Below, in pieces: positions 27,301-42,962 of a stretch of 45,809 nucleotides of DNA. Both the position numbers and the translations under genes were made by a program. The notes beneath the pieces were generated by a model. That model was not told where the DNA came from. It saw only the letters and a list, made by a program, of their open reading frames with translations, and did not search any database. Origin of the DNA: Macrostomum lignano (taxonomy: Eukaryota); assembly GCA_002269645.1 (NCBI GenBank), contig NIVC01004442.1:1-45809 (forward strand). Reading direction: 5' to 3'. Position 1 is the first letter of the stretch. Each line of letters opens with the position of its first letter.

Positions 27301-30300
27301 CCTATCATTCTCACCCCTCCCAGTCTCACGCTCTCCAAGTCTCATCCCTCCCAGTCTCACCCCCTCCCAGTCTCACCCCCTCCCAGTCTCACCCCCTCCC
27401 AGTCTCACCCCTCCCAGTCTCACCCCTTCCTAGTCTCACCCTCTCCCAGTCTCACCCTCTCCCAGTCTCACTCTCTCCCAGTCTCACCCCTCCCAGTCTA
27501 ACCCCTCCCAGTCTCACCCTCATCCAGTGTCACCCTAACTCCTTTCTCAATCTATAAGTTAATGCAAATCTATAATTTTTACACCAAACCCAATATACAG
27601 GTAAGTATGTGCCTCACGTGTTTTCTCGCACACCATAGACCTCCGTCTTCGTACTTTAAACTCCCCAGGGCCACCTTCGCCCCTGTGCCCTATGCTCTGC
27701 CCCTATCACACCACTGCACACAACCAACAGGGGGGGGGGGGCAGTGTGCCTTCCGGCTTCCCCTTCCAGCCAGGTCCACCCTCTTTCAGCTTTCTACTCA
27801 ATGTCTCTGGAGAGCTGCTCAGCCGTCTTATCTTAGAGAGCAGGAAATGCTCTGTAGAAGCCGCTGCTTGGTGCCAGGCCGCGCGCTCCAGTTGGCTCAG
27901 GGCGGTGACCCCCCCCTTTGGGTCAGAAATATTTGAAAGTATCTTGAAACTTTTCATTGCACAACAATGAAGCCTACATTGGAATCTCGGCTTGGCTCTG
28001 CTCGTGCAATTAACACCATTAAAGGCCAACCTCCAAGGCACGGTGAAGTGTACATGCATAACCAGAAACAAACTCAGAGCCGCTGTACACTCCCGTGTGA
28101 GTGTGTGCCCGCTCAGGGGAGTCGATGGAATGGGCAGCAATGCCTCTCGCCGGTTGTGTGGCAATATTGTTTGAAGTGCGCCAGGATGCGCACAGCCGCT
28201 GCCTCTAAAAGTAGTATTAGGAGAGCTCAACACTCAGAATTTATGCCCACTTTCTTAAGATTTTCTTTCTATTAAAAAAATGGGGAAACCATCTTCGAAA
28301 ATCTTGATCAGTTGTTAGAACTTACTGTATTTTGCACTGCTTGCGGCTAATTTCCTTTCTCGTCCCCCTTTTCATTCCCGTCACTCCCTTCCCTTTCCCT
28401 CCACTCTCTTCACTTTTCCGTCACTCCCTTGTCTTTCCCTCCACTCTCTTCCCTTTTCCGTCACTCCCTCCCTTTCCCTCCACTCTCTTCCCTTTTCCGT
28501 CACTCCCTTCCCTTTCCCTCCACTCTCTTCCCTTTTCCGTCACTCCCTTCCCTTTCCCGTCACTCCCTTCCCTTTTCCGTCACTCCATTTCCTTTCCCGT
28601 CACTCCCTTCCCTTTTCCGTCACTCCATTTCCTTTCCCGTCACTCCCTTCTTTTTCCCGTCATTCCCTTACCTTTTCCGTCATTCCATTTCCTTTCCCGT
28701 CACTCCCTTCTTTTTCCCGTCATTCCCTTCCCTTTTTCGTCATTCCATTTCCTTTCCCGTCACTCCCTTTCCTTTTCCTTCACTCTTTTCTGTCCCATCA
28801 TTCGATTTTAGCAGTTCTCAAACCTTACTCTGTGCACCTGAACTCTATCATTGCGCAGAAAACTACCTGGAGAAGCCGCTGCCATCGGACATTTACTGGA
28901 TGTACGCCCTGCAGCTGGGATTTTATCTGCACTCCGTCTACGCAACACTGTTCATGGACGCCTGGCGCAAGGACTCCATCATGATGCTGTTCCATCACGG
29001 CCTGACCATCTTTCTACTTGAGTTCTCTCTGCTAATGAAGTGAGCAATGAGACAGTTGGGAGTTGGTCTGCTGCATTTAAACCAATGCCACTCAATGCTT
29101 ACGAATTTTCAGGTACTACAAAACCGGGGCGCTGGTGCTGTTCCTGCACGATCTGAGCGACATAATTCTGGAGTTCACCAAGATCAACGTGTACCTGAAG
29201 GACAGGGGCAAAAAGTTTTTCCTATTGAATGAGTGGCTCGCCAACATTGGATTCGTTATCTTCGCCTTTAGCTGGTTAGTTTTATCAGCTAACGTGTGCG
29301 CTAGCCTATGGAGTTGCTCTACACTGTTCTTAGAGTTCCAGGTGTGCCTGACTCAGTTTGGAGAGTTCCAGGTGTGTCTGACTCAATATGGAGAGTTCCA
29401 GGTGTGCCTGACTCAGTTTGTGGAGTATCCGGAGTGTCTGACTCAATATGGAGAGTTCCAGGTGTGCCTGACTCAGTTTGGAGAGTATCCGGAGTGTCTG
29501 ACTCAACATGGAGAGTTCCAGGTGTGTCTGACTCAATATGGAGAGTTCCAGGTGTGCCTGATTTAGTTTGGAGAGTATCCGGAGTGTCTGACTCAATATG
29601 GAGAGTTCCAGGTGTGCCTGACTCAGTTTGTGGAGTATCCGGAGTGTCTGACTCAATATGGAGAGTTCCAGGTGTGCCTGACTCAACATGGAGAGTTCCA
29701 GCTGTGTCTGACTCGATTCCGAGAGTTCCAGGTGTGCCTGACTCAGTTTGGAGTGTTCCATGTTCGCTAGGCTCAATCGGTATTAAGAGTGTAATTGCCT
29801 ATTTGATAGTACTGTATTTATAAAAGGCGAAAATATCGGATACTACTGCTGACAGTAGGCTCGTTAACGCACATGGTTACTGCTATTCATACACAGCTTT
29901 TTATTTTCTTTTAACAGGGCCTGGTTCCGTCTGTATTGGTTTCCGCTGAAGGTGCTGTACCCCTCCCACTGGAGCGTGTACCTGTACCACCAGGGCCGGG
30001 ACCCTAAGATGTTCGTCTTCTTCAATTCGATGCTGTTCGCTTTGCAGATTCTCCACATCTACTGGTTTTACGTGAGTTTCTGTTTACTACTTATGTGACG
30101 ATTAGTGCATATTTACTGTACATCCCTTTGTAGGCGTTTGATATGTACCCAATCAAATCACCTCCCTCCCTACTACCTTGATCATCTCTCTCTACTCCCT
30201 TTATCACCTCCCTCCCTACACCCTTCATCACCTTCCTACTCCCTTCATCACCCCCTACTCCCTTCATCATCTGCCTACTCCCTTCATCACCTCCCTACTC

Positions 30301-30686
30301 CCTTCATCATCTGCCTACTCCCTTATTGCATACTCGTTTCATTATCTCTTGCTCTCTTCATCACTTACACACTTCATCACCTTTGTACTTCCCTCGCGGC
30401 GGCCTCGCCATCTCCCAGCCCTATCACTCATCCGCTTCCCCCATCCCAATTCGCCTCCTATCGCCAGCTCCTCTCCCCCCGCCGCCCGCAGTTCATCGTC
30501 CTGCTGCTGGTTCGCGTTGCCACCGGCACGCAGCGCGAGGTCGAAGACACTCGCGAATACGAGGAGGCCGAGCGCCACCGCCGGCTGAACGGCCACCAGG
30601 AGTCTCCGGGCGTCGATGACGCCAGCCAAGATGGCACCGTGGACAGCGCCGCAACGTCTATTCGGCACCGGACGAACAAAGACTAG
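24370..30686 (+). CDS. CERS1: Ceramide synthase (TLC/LAG1 family, CerS1-like, no homeobox), 6 exons, 374 aa
   Basis: Exons 24370-24624, 26005-26182, 28859-29039, 29113-29274, 29918-30071, 30492-30686. All introns are GT-AG with compatible phases (0,1,2,2,0); total 1125 nt. Lag1p motif RKDSIMMLFHH...LFLHDLSDIILEFTK, plus PESIWKF, WFRLYWFPLKVLY and EDTREY, all characteristic of CerS1. Confidence 0.93.
24745..25395. repeat. 16-bp minisatellite (CTTCACAATCCCCATG)n, grading into a 20-bp unit; CerS intron 1
   Basis: Direct reading. Confidence 0.95.
25483..25925. repeat. ~23-bp minisatellite (CCTGTCTCATCTCCTCCCGTCCC)n; CerS intron 1
   Basis: Direct reading. Confidence 0.95.
26221..27535. repeat. 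~16-bp minisatellite (CTCTCCCAGTCTCACC)n; CerS intron 2
   Basis: Direct reading. Confidence 0.95.
28365..28790. repeat. Pyrimidine-rich ~20-bp minisatellite (CTTCCCTTTTCCGTCACTCC-like); CerS intron 2
   Basis: Direct reading. Confidence 0.92.
29331..29762. repeat. 30-bp minisatellite, 14 full units (GAGAGTTCCAGGTGTGCCTGACTCAGTTTG); CerS intron 4
   Basis: Units counted by hand from 29331 to 29750, plus a partial unit. Confidence 0.95.
30160..30375. repeat. Degenerate ~20-bp repeat (CTACTCCCTTCATCAC-like); CerS intron 5
   Basis: Direct reading. Confidence 0.8.
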
Positions 30687-30916
30687 TGCAATTGGTGCAT
30701 GCTCGGGCTTGTGCTTTGTGCTATATTCTTGTTCTCTTAGTGTCCGCTAGATCGCTGTTGGCGCTGTGCTGAATCACCGAGTTTCATCAACAAGAGCGAA
30801 ACTTCCCTCTGGTTCGAATTGCTCCACTCCGCTTCCCGCTTCCAAATTAAAGCCTGCTTCCCCTGATTTATCGCTTTTTTTTGCTCCAATCTTTTGACTT
30901 GCTGCTTGCGTTTGTC

Positions 30917-30922
30917 AATAAA
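30917..30922 (+). terminator. Candidate polyadenylation signal of the ceramide synthase gene
   Basis: AATAAA about 230 nt after the stop codon; an ATTAAA also lies near 30847. Confidence 0.35.
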
Positions 30923-31021
30923 TTTTCCTAGCGAGCTTTGTTATTCTATTAGCCGACTGTTGAAATGGCGGCCTGGGTCTTGGGTTAATTGATTTCCTTG
31001 TTGTTATTTGCTTTTCTGCAG

Positions 31022-31775
31022 AGATTGCCCCTGAACTGAACCCCATGCAGATCGCCCCTGAACTGAACCCCAGATCTCCCCTGAACTGAACCCCAGATCG
31101 CCCCTGAACTGAACCCCAGATCGCCCCTAAACTGAACCCCAGATCGCCCCTGAACTGAACCCCAGATCTCCCCTGAACTGAACCCCAGATCGCCCCTGAA
31201 CTGAACCCCAGATCGCCTCTGAACTGAACCCCAGATCGCCCCTGAACTGAACCCCAGATCGCCCCTGAACTGAACCCCAGATCGCCTCTGAACTGAACCC
31301 CAGATCGCCCCTGAACTGAACCCCAGATCGCCCCTGAACTGAACCCCAGATCGCCCCTGAACTGAACCCCAGATCTCCCCTGAACTGAACCCCAGATCGC
31401 CCCTGAACTGAACCCCAGATCGCCCCTGAACTGAACCCCAGATCGCCCCTGAACTGAACCCCAGATCGCCTCTGAACTGAACCCCAGATTGCCCCTAAAC
31501 TGAACCCCAGATCGCCCCTGAACTGAACCCCAGATCGCCCCTGAGCTGAACCCCAGATTGCCCCTAAACTGAACCCCAGATCGCCCCTGAACTGAACCCC
31601 AGATCTCCCCTGAACTGAACCCAAGCTCGGTCCTGAACTGAACCCGATATTGGCCCTGAATCCCTGAGATCGCCCCTGAACTGAACCCGATATTGGCCCT
31701 GAATCCCTGAGATCGCCCCTGAACTGAACCCGATATTGGCCCTGAATCCCTGAGATCGCCCCTGAACTGAACCCG
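31022..31775. repeat. 23-bp minisatellite (CCCCTGAACTGAACCCCAGATCG)n, switching to a ~39-bp unit at its right end
   Basis: Direct reading; source of spurious ORFs 30915-31892 and 31127-31624. Confidence 0.95.
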
Positions 31776-32020
31776 AGCTTGTCGGTGACTCACCACCGTT
31801 GATAACCTGGCATTGATCCTATCGGAAATCCAATCTGCAATTTTAGACGTTTTTAACGCAGCCCGATATTTTCCTACGCAGTATTTTGACATTTTAAATC
31901 TTCTTTCTGGCGCTTAGTTATTGAAATCGTAATTTTTCTTTCTTTTTTGTCTCGTTCAAATCGGTTATCGTAAGACTGTCCGAATTTCAAGTTACAGGTA
32001 TTTTTCAAACTGGAGAAATA

Positions 32021-33006
32021 CGAGGGGTGTCCAAAAAGTAGTGATACTTTCAGCTGTGGCTCTCGTTCTGTAGCTTCCTGTGATTTAAAATTTTAAGAAC
32101 TAATAGCGGCAAATCTCTTTTACAGACTGCTTTTTTAATTTTTAAAATTGATACCAGGGAACAAAAGTTGTACCCATAAAAGTAACAGTACCTGTATCAT
32201 AGAGTTACACAAATTATAGGCTGAGCTTCACGAGATCCATGCTGAGTAAGCTTCTATGAATTGTTGATTTCGGCTTGTCCAACCTGTCAGCGATCTCTCT
32301 AATGGTCATTCGGGAGTCCTCGTCAAGAAGATTCAGAATGGAGTCCGCCAGTACATCAGGTCAATGAATGTATGGCCGCCCCATCCGATGCTGATCTGCC
32401 AAGTCAGTCCTTCCCTCACTGAACTGCTCAATTCATCGATAAACTGTCATTTTGCTGACTGCAGAGGATCCGTGCGCAGAGCAAAGTTTTGCGTGAATTT
32501 CTGAGGCACTATGGCCAGTGCCCCAAAGAGTGAAGATAGTACTTTGCTGAGCAACAACTGAGTGCACATCCATGTGTGTTGTCGAGTATGGGCAATGAAA
32601 TCAATTGCAAAATGCAAGCTCCTCTGTTTGCAAGTAAAGTAATGAATTTAATGCTTTATTTTTCTACGCATGATTCTGTCCATAGACAAATTTCAGTCAG
32701 TCACAGTGAGCGTCATTTTGCAATTGGGCTTTGGTATTGCTTAAACAAGACAATTTATCGATGCCTTCTTAATGAATAAGTGCAGAAGTCGACTATCATA
32801 AATTTTGATATAGTTTGTGTAACTCTATGATACAGGTGCTGTTGCTTTTGTGGGTGTAACTTTTGTTCTCTGGTATCAATTTTAGAAATTCAAAAAGCGG
32901 TCTATAGAAGAGATTTGCCGCTATCAGTTCATAAAATTTTAAATCACAGGAAGCTATAGAACGGGAGCTACAGTTGAAGGTATCACTGTTTTTTGGACAC
33001 CCCTCG
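32021..33006 (-). mobile_element. Internally deleted mariner element with ~195-bp TIRs
   Basis: TA|CGAGGGGTGTCC...GGACACCCCTCG|TA; arms about 32021-32216 and 32808-33006. The minus strand 32573-32221 encodes a decayed mariner HTH region (MDVHSVVAQQSTIF...SASEIHAKL...SKMTVYR*IEQF.EGR...GRP; RMTIREIADRLDKPKSTIHRSL...KLS) that stops before the catalytic domain. Confidence 0.9.
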
Positions 33007-33866
33007 TAATTTAGTTGGCTATCTATTGACGCGCTTTTCTCTATTCTATTCCTTGTTTACCCGGCGCAGGTTTAATGACGCCCATACGCAGATGCATGGA
33101 GCAGGATGCAAAATTATTATGATCCTGTCTAATTGGGCTGAGAATCCTTGTATCTACGCTCGTATTAACAAGGATATTAATTATCGTTTCTATGCCGCGC
33201 TGGACTGTGCTCTGTTTAAGTTTTTAGGTATCGATTCGCACGCATCCTGTGCCAATTGGCAGTAAATGATTAACTATTTATTAAGTCTATTATTTTCGTA
33301 TTAGGTATAGCTTATTATTAATTGTATTTGTACACCAAAATTGTTAACTTGCTTAATGGTGCCAAAGCGATGAACAATTTTTGTTAGTTCTGACTAATAG
33401 CGGAAAATTGCACAGTACGTCTTTTTGTCGTACTTTGCTTCGTTTCAAGTTTTGACGTTCTTCATTTTATAGCTAATTGCTAAATCACAAATCTTCGCAT
33501 TGGGATTGCAGCAATAAAACGTCTCTTAAATTATGCAATTTTTTTTTAAAATATGGTGAAGATCGATTTGTGATTAAAAACATAACTGTGCAAATAAGAA
33601 CAGACTCAATTACTCATTCTAAACAGAGTTCTAAAACTTAACTTCAAACCACCATAAAGTAACAGGAATTTAAGAGTTGTTAATCAATCAAGTAGCAGAA
33701 CGGTAACTAATTGTAATACCATACAAAGGCGTGACCCTAACTTGAACTGAATCATGCATTATTCGAATGAAGGACCACTAGAAGCTATACAGTTGTACGA
33801 GCCTATAACACCGTTGCTCTAGAGGTTAGTGGTTGGAATTTCAAAGCCTGGGCTCCATGAAGTAAT

Positions 33867-34572
33867 CAAGGACGACTTAAGTAGGACGGGAAACCTCGTT
33901 TCTTAGAAAATTTTTAAAGGCACTTTTTCTCGAAAAAATACACTATGGAGATAGGAAGTTTTCATGTTTTCAGCACAAAAATTGTAGTTGCTTTTGATAG
34001 GAGGCAGATCCAGTGGTCATCTTTTGATGTTGCGCCTTTTTATTGCTCTATCGATATTTATAAAGCTTTTTGTTCAGAAAACTAGGATTCTAGATGTTAA
34101 TTTTCTATTATACGTATATTTTCTGTATCTAAAAATCACAAAAATGCATGACACAGGTCCAATGTTTGGTTTTATGAATCTATTTTATCATCTCTGTTAC
34201 AAATATTTGTTGCACAGTCAGCTAAGAATGATAAAATACATGTAGACTCATATAAAACCAAAGAGCCAAGCCGTCGCATTTTAATGTATTTCAGGCACAA
34301 GAGTCAAGACACGTGAAAATGTACGTAGAATAAAAAATTAACATAGAATCCTAATTTTCTGAACAAAAAGCTTCATAAATGTCGATAGAGTAATAAAAAA
34401 GCACAACATAGCAAAGATGAACACTGGATATGCCTCCTATCAAAAGCCATAACAATATTTGTGCTGAAAACATGAAAACTTCCTATCTCAGTAATGTATT
34501 TTTCGGGAAAACCTGCCTTCAAAAATTTTCTAAGAAACGAGGTTTCCCGTCCTTATACTCGAGTCGTCCTTG
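33867..34572. mobile_element. Second foldback-type element with ~255-bp TIRs
   Basis: 33867-34123 is the diverged reverse complement of 34315-34572. Termini CAAGG...CCTTG; flanks GAAGTAAT / GAAGTTTA match 5/8. Confidence 0.8.
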
Positions 34573-35224
34573 GAAGTTTAATTGGTTAATGAATATAAGT
34601 TACAAAGTTAATGCGTAAGTTACACGCTACACCTGAAAAATTGTTTATTTGATTAAAACAAAGCTAGAGTTAAAAAGCCACAAGAAACTTATAGCAGCTT
34701 AAACGTTTAATAAATAACATCTTTAATAGGTTACTCTTAATGAAAAATGCAAAAGATTCTCTTGCAAAATACATTAAAACGCGCTTCGTAGTTTTTCGTT
34801 TTACATTTTCGGTTTTATGCAATAATAGAATTCATAGAATATATCATTGTTGTCTGTAGCGTTAAATTATGATCTTGCAGCTTTAGATTTGTTGTATTTT
34901 TCAGTAGCATTTGACATTAAACTTTTTGCAAAATGCCTATCTTTTATTTGGAATTAAAGGGCGATGCCGGAGAATTCCATAGGGTAAGTTTCAGTGCAGT
35001 ACTACACTTTAAATAATTTAATGATAAAATTTAATGATAAATATGCATGATGTTTGACTTGTGAATTTGTAAATGAAATATTCTTTTTGTGTCAATGAAT
35101 TTTTATAATATCTCTGTTATACTTATAAAATATTCAATTTAAGGTCTAATACTAATGACAATGTCATGATGCCAATGGCAGCAATGTTAGGCCTAGTATT
35201 ATAATTTATTTTTGGAAGTAGCTA

Positions 35225-36173
35225 CAGGGGCGGATTTAGGAGAGGGCGGCTGCCCCCTGCCTTAAAAGCTTGAAAGAACATATTGCGCCCCCCAAAAACT
35301 TAAGTTTGCACTAGTGTTCCGCTGTAGCCGTAGCTTTTAGATCCTACGGCAAATACAGTAAAATAGGTGCCTACAGCAGCTACGGATACGCCTACAGTAG
35401 CTAGCTGCTCTTACGGCTACAACTACGGAAATATGGTAGTTGCTGACACATTCCGTAGATTCCCATAGCCATAGTTATTAATGTTAAAAATTGAAATAAA
35501 TATTAGAAACAGGTAGAGTAAAACAAAGATACTTTTAGTAAACTGTATTATCAATTTAGAAACTTATAAAATATACCTAAAAAAGTACAATAAAACACTA
35601 GCAAACTCTAATTTTTATTAATATGAAAAATTTTTATGTTAGTACTTTCAGTAACGATTAAGTATTGTTGCTCTGAAAAAAGATGAAATATAATCTTACA
35701 AAGACAATTGATTGTTTATTTTATTTTCTAATTTAATTTGCATATGTTTAAGCACTAGGTTATTGTCTTGATTCAAGATATTTTATTTTTTAGACTTTTT
35801 GTTCAAATTATGGCTACCGCTACGGGAACTATGGGAATATAGTAATTTCGGGGTGCCTACGGCTATGGAATACAGAGAATTGGAATAAGCTATAGTTTTG
35901 CTTATGGCTACGGCTACGGTATATGGACCTTCCTTATGGTGGAACACTAGTTTGCACCCCCTAAACTTGATATTTTGCCCCAAACACCTTTTTTGCACCT
36001 AAGCTTGACTTTTCACCCCATATATATATGCGTTTTTTGCTCCCCTAAGCTTGATTTTTTGCCCTACTTTATGCACTTTTGCACCCCTAGCTTAAAACTT
36101 AGTGCCCTTTATACTTGTGTTGATGCCCCAAACTTGTACCCCCTCCCAAAATGAAACTCTAGATCTGCCTCTA
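35225..36173. mobile_element. hAT-type MITE (outer element of a nest)
   Basis: TIRs CAGGGGCGGATTTAG / CTAGATCTGCCTCTA; perfect 8-bp TSD AGTAGCTA (35217-35224 and 36174-36181). Confidence 0.85.
35312..35949. mobile_element. hAT-type MITE (inner element)
   Basis: TIRs TAGTGTTCC / GGAACACTA; perfect 8-bp TSD GTTTGCAC (35304-35311 and 35950-35957); second copy at 1-479. Confidence 0.88.
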
Positions 36174-36579
36174 AGTAGCTATTATTTATTTTTAGTTATA
36201 GCCCTTGGTCTTAGCTAGGTTTTTTGTGTCTTAAACATGTCATGACATATCAAAATTGAAAATGACAACAATTTAGATGTCATAATATGCCAAATGGCAT
36301 AACAATTTTGACAAAAAACCTAGGCTCCTAGGCCTAGGGGCTATATTTTAGTATAATGGACTATAGTATAGCAATACTAATACTAACAATATAAATATTA
36401 TATTGTTTTTATTTTTGTTTATTTTATTTAATCAATATTTAATCAATGACTAATACTCTAATGCTAATAATCTAAAGGCAAAAATCTTTTTCATTATTTG
36501 CATAACAAAGAATTATATAAAATAGGTATTGATCTTTTTGCTATTGTTAGAAATACCATAGTCCAAATCATAGCAGGCA

Positions 36580-37450
36580 TACACCCCATAGTCTAGATCA
36601 TTCCAAGCATATGCTGAAATGAAAATTCTTTTTTTTCATTTTATGCCAACATAAATTTAAAAAAATTAATGCCAAACCCAAAGTTGTTTATATAAAATAT
36701 GTATATTCTTAAAGAAAATATATTTTTAGAAATATAAGAGTTTTAATAAACTTTTAAATAACTGTTTTTTGCTAAAAACTGATATTATTAGTTTTTATTT
36801 TGTTTTTCTCAAAAATTGTAATAATATTTTCTATTTTAATTTTTAATTATTTTTTTAAAAAGCTTTTGTTGGTTGATATTTAACTAAGCAATTAATTTAG
36901 CCCTGAACATGGCTATTATTTGTATGCCAACTGTGTATACTTCATGTTGAATTTGAAAATTCTACATGCCAAGTATATGCCAAGATTGTCAGAAAAGCAA
37001 AAATACATGAGAATTTTCTAGTGTAAAGGCCACCTTCCAGACTATGGCATATACCAAAATGAAAATTTTAGATTTTATTATTCTAATCCAATATATATAA
37101 AAAAAAATTATGCCAAGTGTGAAGTTGCTTATTTGTCAACTTTATTTATAATTGTAGAGTATTTTTAGAAATAAAAGAGTTTAATTAAACTAAAAAGCAT
37201 TTATTCTTTGCTAGAACTTGGTATTCTTTGTTTTAATTTCGTTTTCCTTGGAAGTTACATTATTATTTTCTATAATTATTTTCTATTATTTAAAAAAAGC
37301 TCTCCTTGATTAATATTTAATTACACTATATATAGTAGGCCTAACTTTGGCTATTTTTTGTATACCAACTATGTAAACTAATGTTGAACATGAAAATTCT
37401 ATGTGCCAAATGTATGCCAAAATTGTTAATGAAGGCAAAAATATGCCATA
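36580..37450. repeat. Diverged AT-rich tandem duplication (two units of about 440-450 bp)
   Basis: Blocks AAATGAAAATT, TATTTTTAGAAATA.AAGAG, AAAAAGCT, GGCTATT.TTTGTAT.CCAACT.TGT, CATGTTGAA..TGAAAATTCTA and TATGCCAA.ATTGT repeat in order. Confidence 0.6.
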
Positions 37451-37665
37451 AAGTAGACAATTGGTTTGTAACTTTTTCAGTTTGTCTACTTTGGCAACTA
37501 ATGAAATTAGGCTTGCTCCTACTACTTCTTTATTATATTTAAAGTAGACGCTGTTTGCTTCCTGGATTAGGCCCTTACTTACTTACTTACTACTGACGGG
37601 GGGCGCAGGCGCCGCGAATAGGCTGCAAGGCCCTATCGCAACCCCAAGGTAAAAGAGCACAAGGA

Positions 37666-41481
<3,816 letters not shown>

Positions 41482-41525
41482 TACTCGTTCCCAGAGCTAT
41501 CCGAGCTCACAGACTCACCTTGGCG

Positions 41526-42400
<875 letters not shown>

Positions 42401-42962
42401 GCAAAGTAGGCTGGAATGGAAAAACTGAAATGTAGAAAAATGGGGGGGTAACCGCTCGGGGACTGGATATACCCCCAGCCAGCTCCGTGGAGCTACCCTC
42501 CGCCACGGTAAACAGCAGAGAAGCTTTGGGTTGCCGTCTTTTCCCGGGATTGCTCCCAGGCGAGGCTCCGGCAGGCCCCCGGTCCACACTCTGCAAGATC
42601 AGGGGGCGGGAGGCCGGCTGCGGGCTTGGGACACAGGCGCCAGGTCGGGTTGACAGCCGACGCCCGAGCCCTCCCCCACAGGAGCGGCCCTCGAGAACCC
42701 GTGTGGTACCAGTTGCAACTATGGGCTGTCGATGGGTAGTTGGCGCTTAGCCAGCGGCCAACTACTTAGCAGCCACCTGCCCTGCAAAAAAGCAGCAGGG
42801 GGGTCCGTCCTCCACCAGCAGACCAAGACGAGAAAGCCAACCGCTTCCGCGCCAGGCCAGAGCGAAAAAGGAGGGGAAAAGCCTCCTCGAAAAGCGAAAA
42901 GCTGGCGGATGTCACAGAGTCCCTCGGTTTAAGTTGCCATTTGCCCCCCGGATTAGGCCCTT

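Noticed and set aside
27540-28320. Non-repetitive insert in CerS intron 2 as an alternative exon or MITE
   Set aside because: No convincing TIR/TSD pair, and no phase-compatible exon with CerS similarity.
24749-28811. Long Pro/Ser/His-rich ORFs (242, 379, 271, 159 aa and others)
   Set aside because: Stop-free frames of intronic minisatellites within the ceramide synthase gene, whose exon phases close without them.
30915-31892. 325-aa Gly/Ser-rich ORF downstream of CerS (considered as a GDF1-like bicistronic partner, as in mammalian CERS1)
   Set aside because: Opposite strand, made of the 23-bp repeat, and has no TGF-beta cysteine-knot pattern.
42600-42949. HDV-like ribozyme at the LINE 5' end (known in several non-LTR clades; this element starts with GGGGGGC)
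   Set aside because: I could not build P1/P3/L3 (no UCCNCGY-type loop in register) by hand. An Infernal or RNArobo search would be needed.
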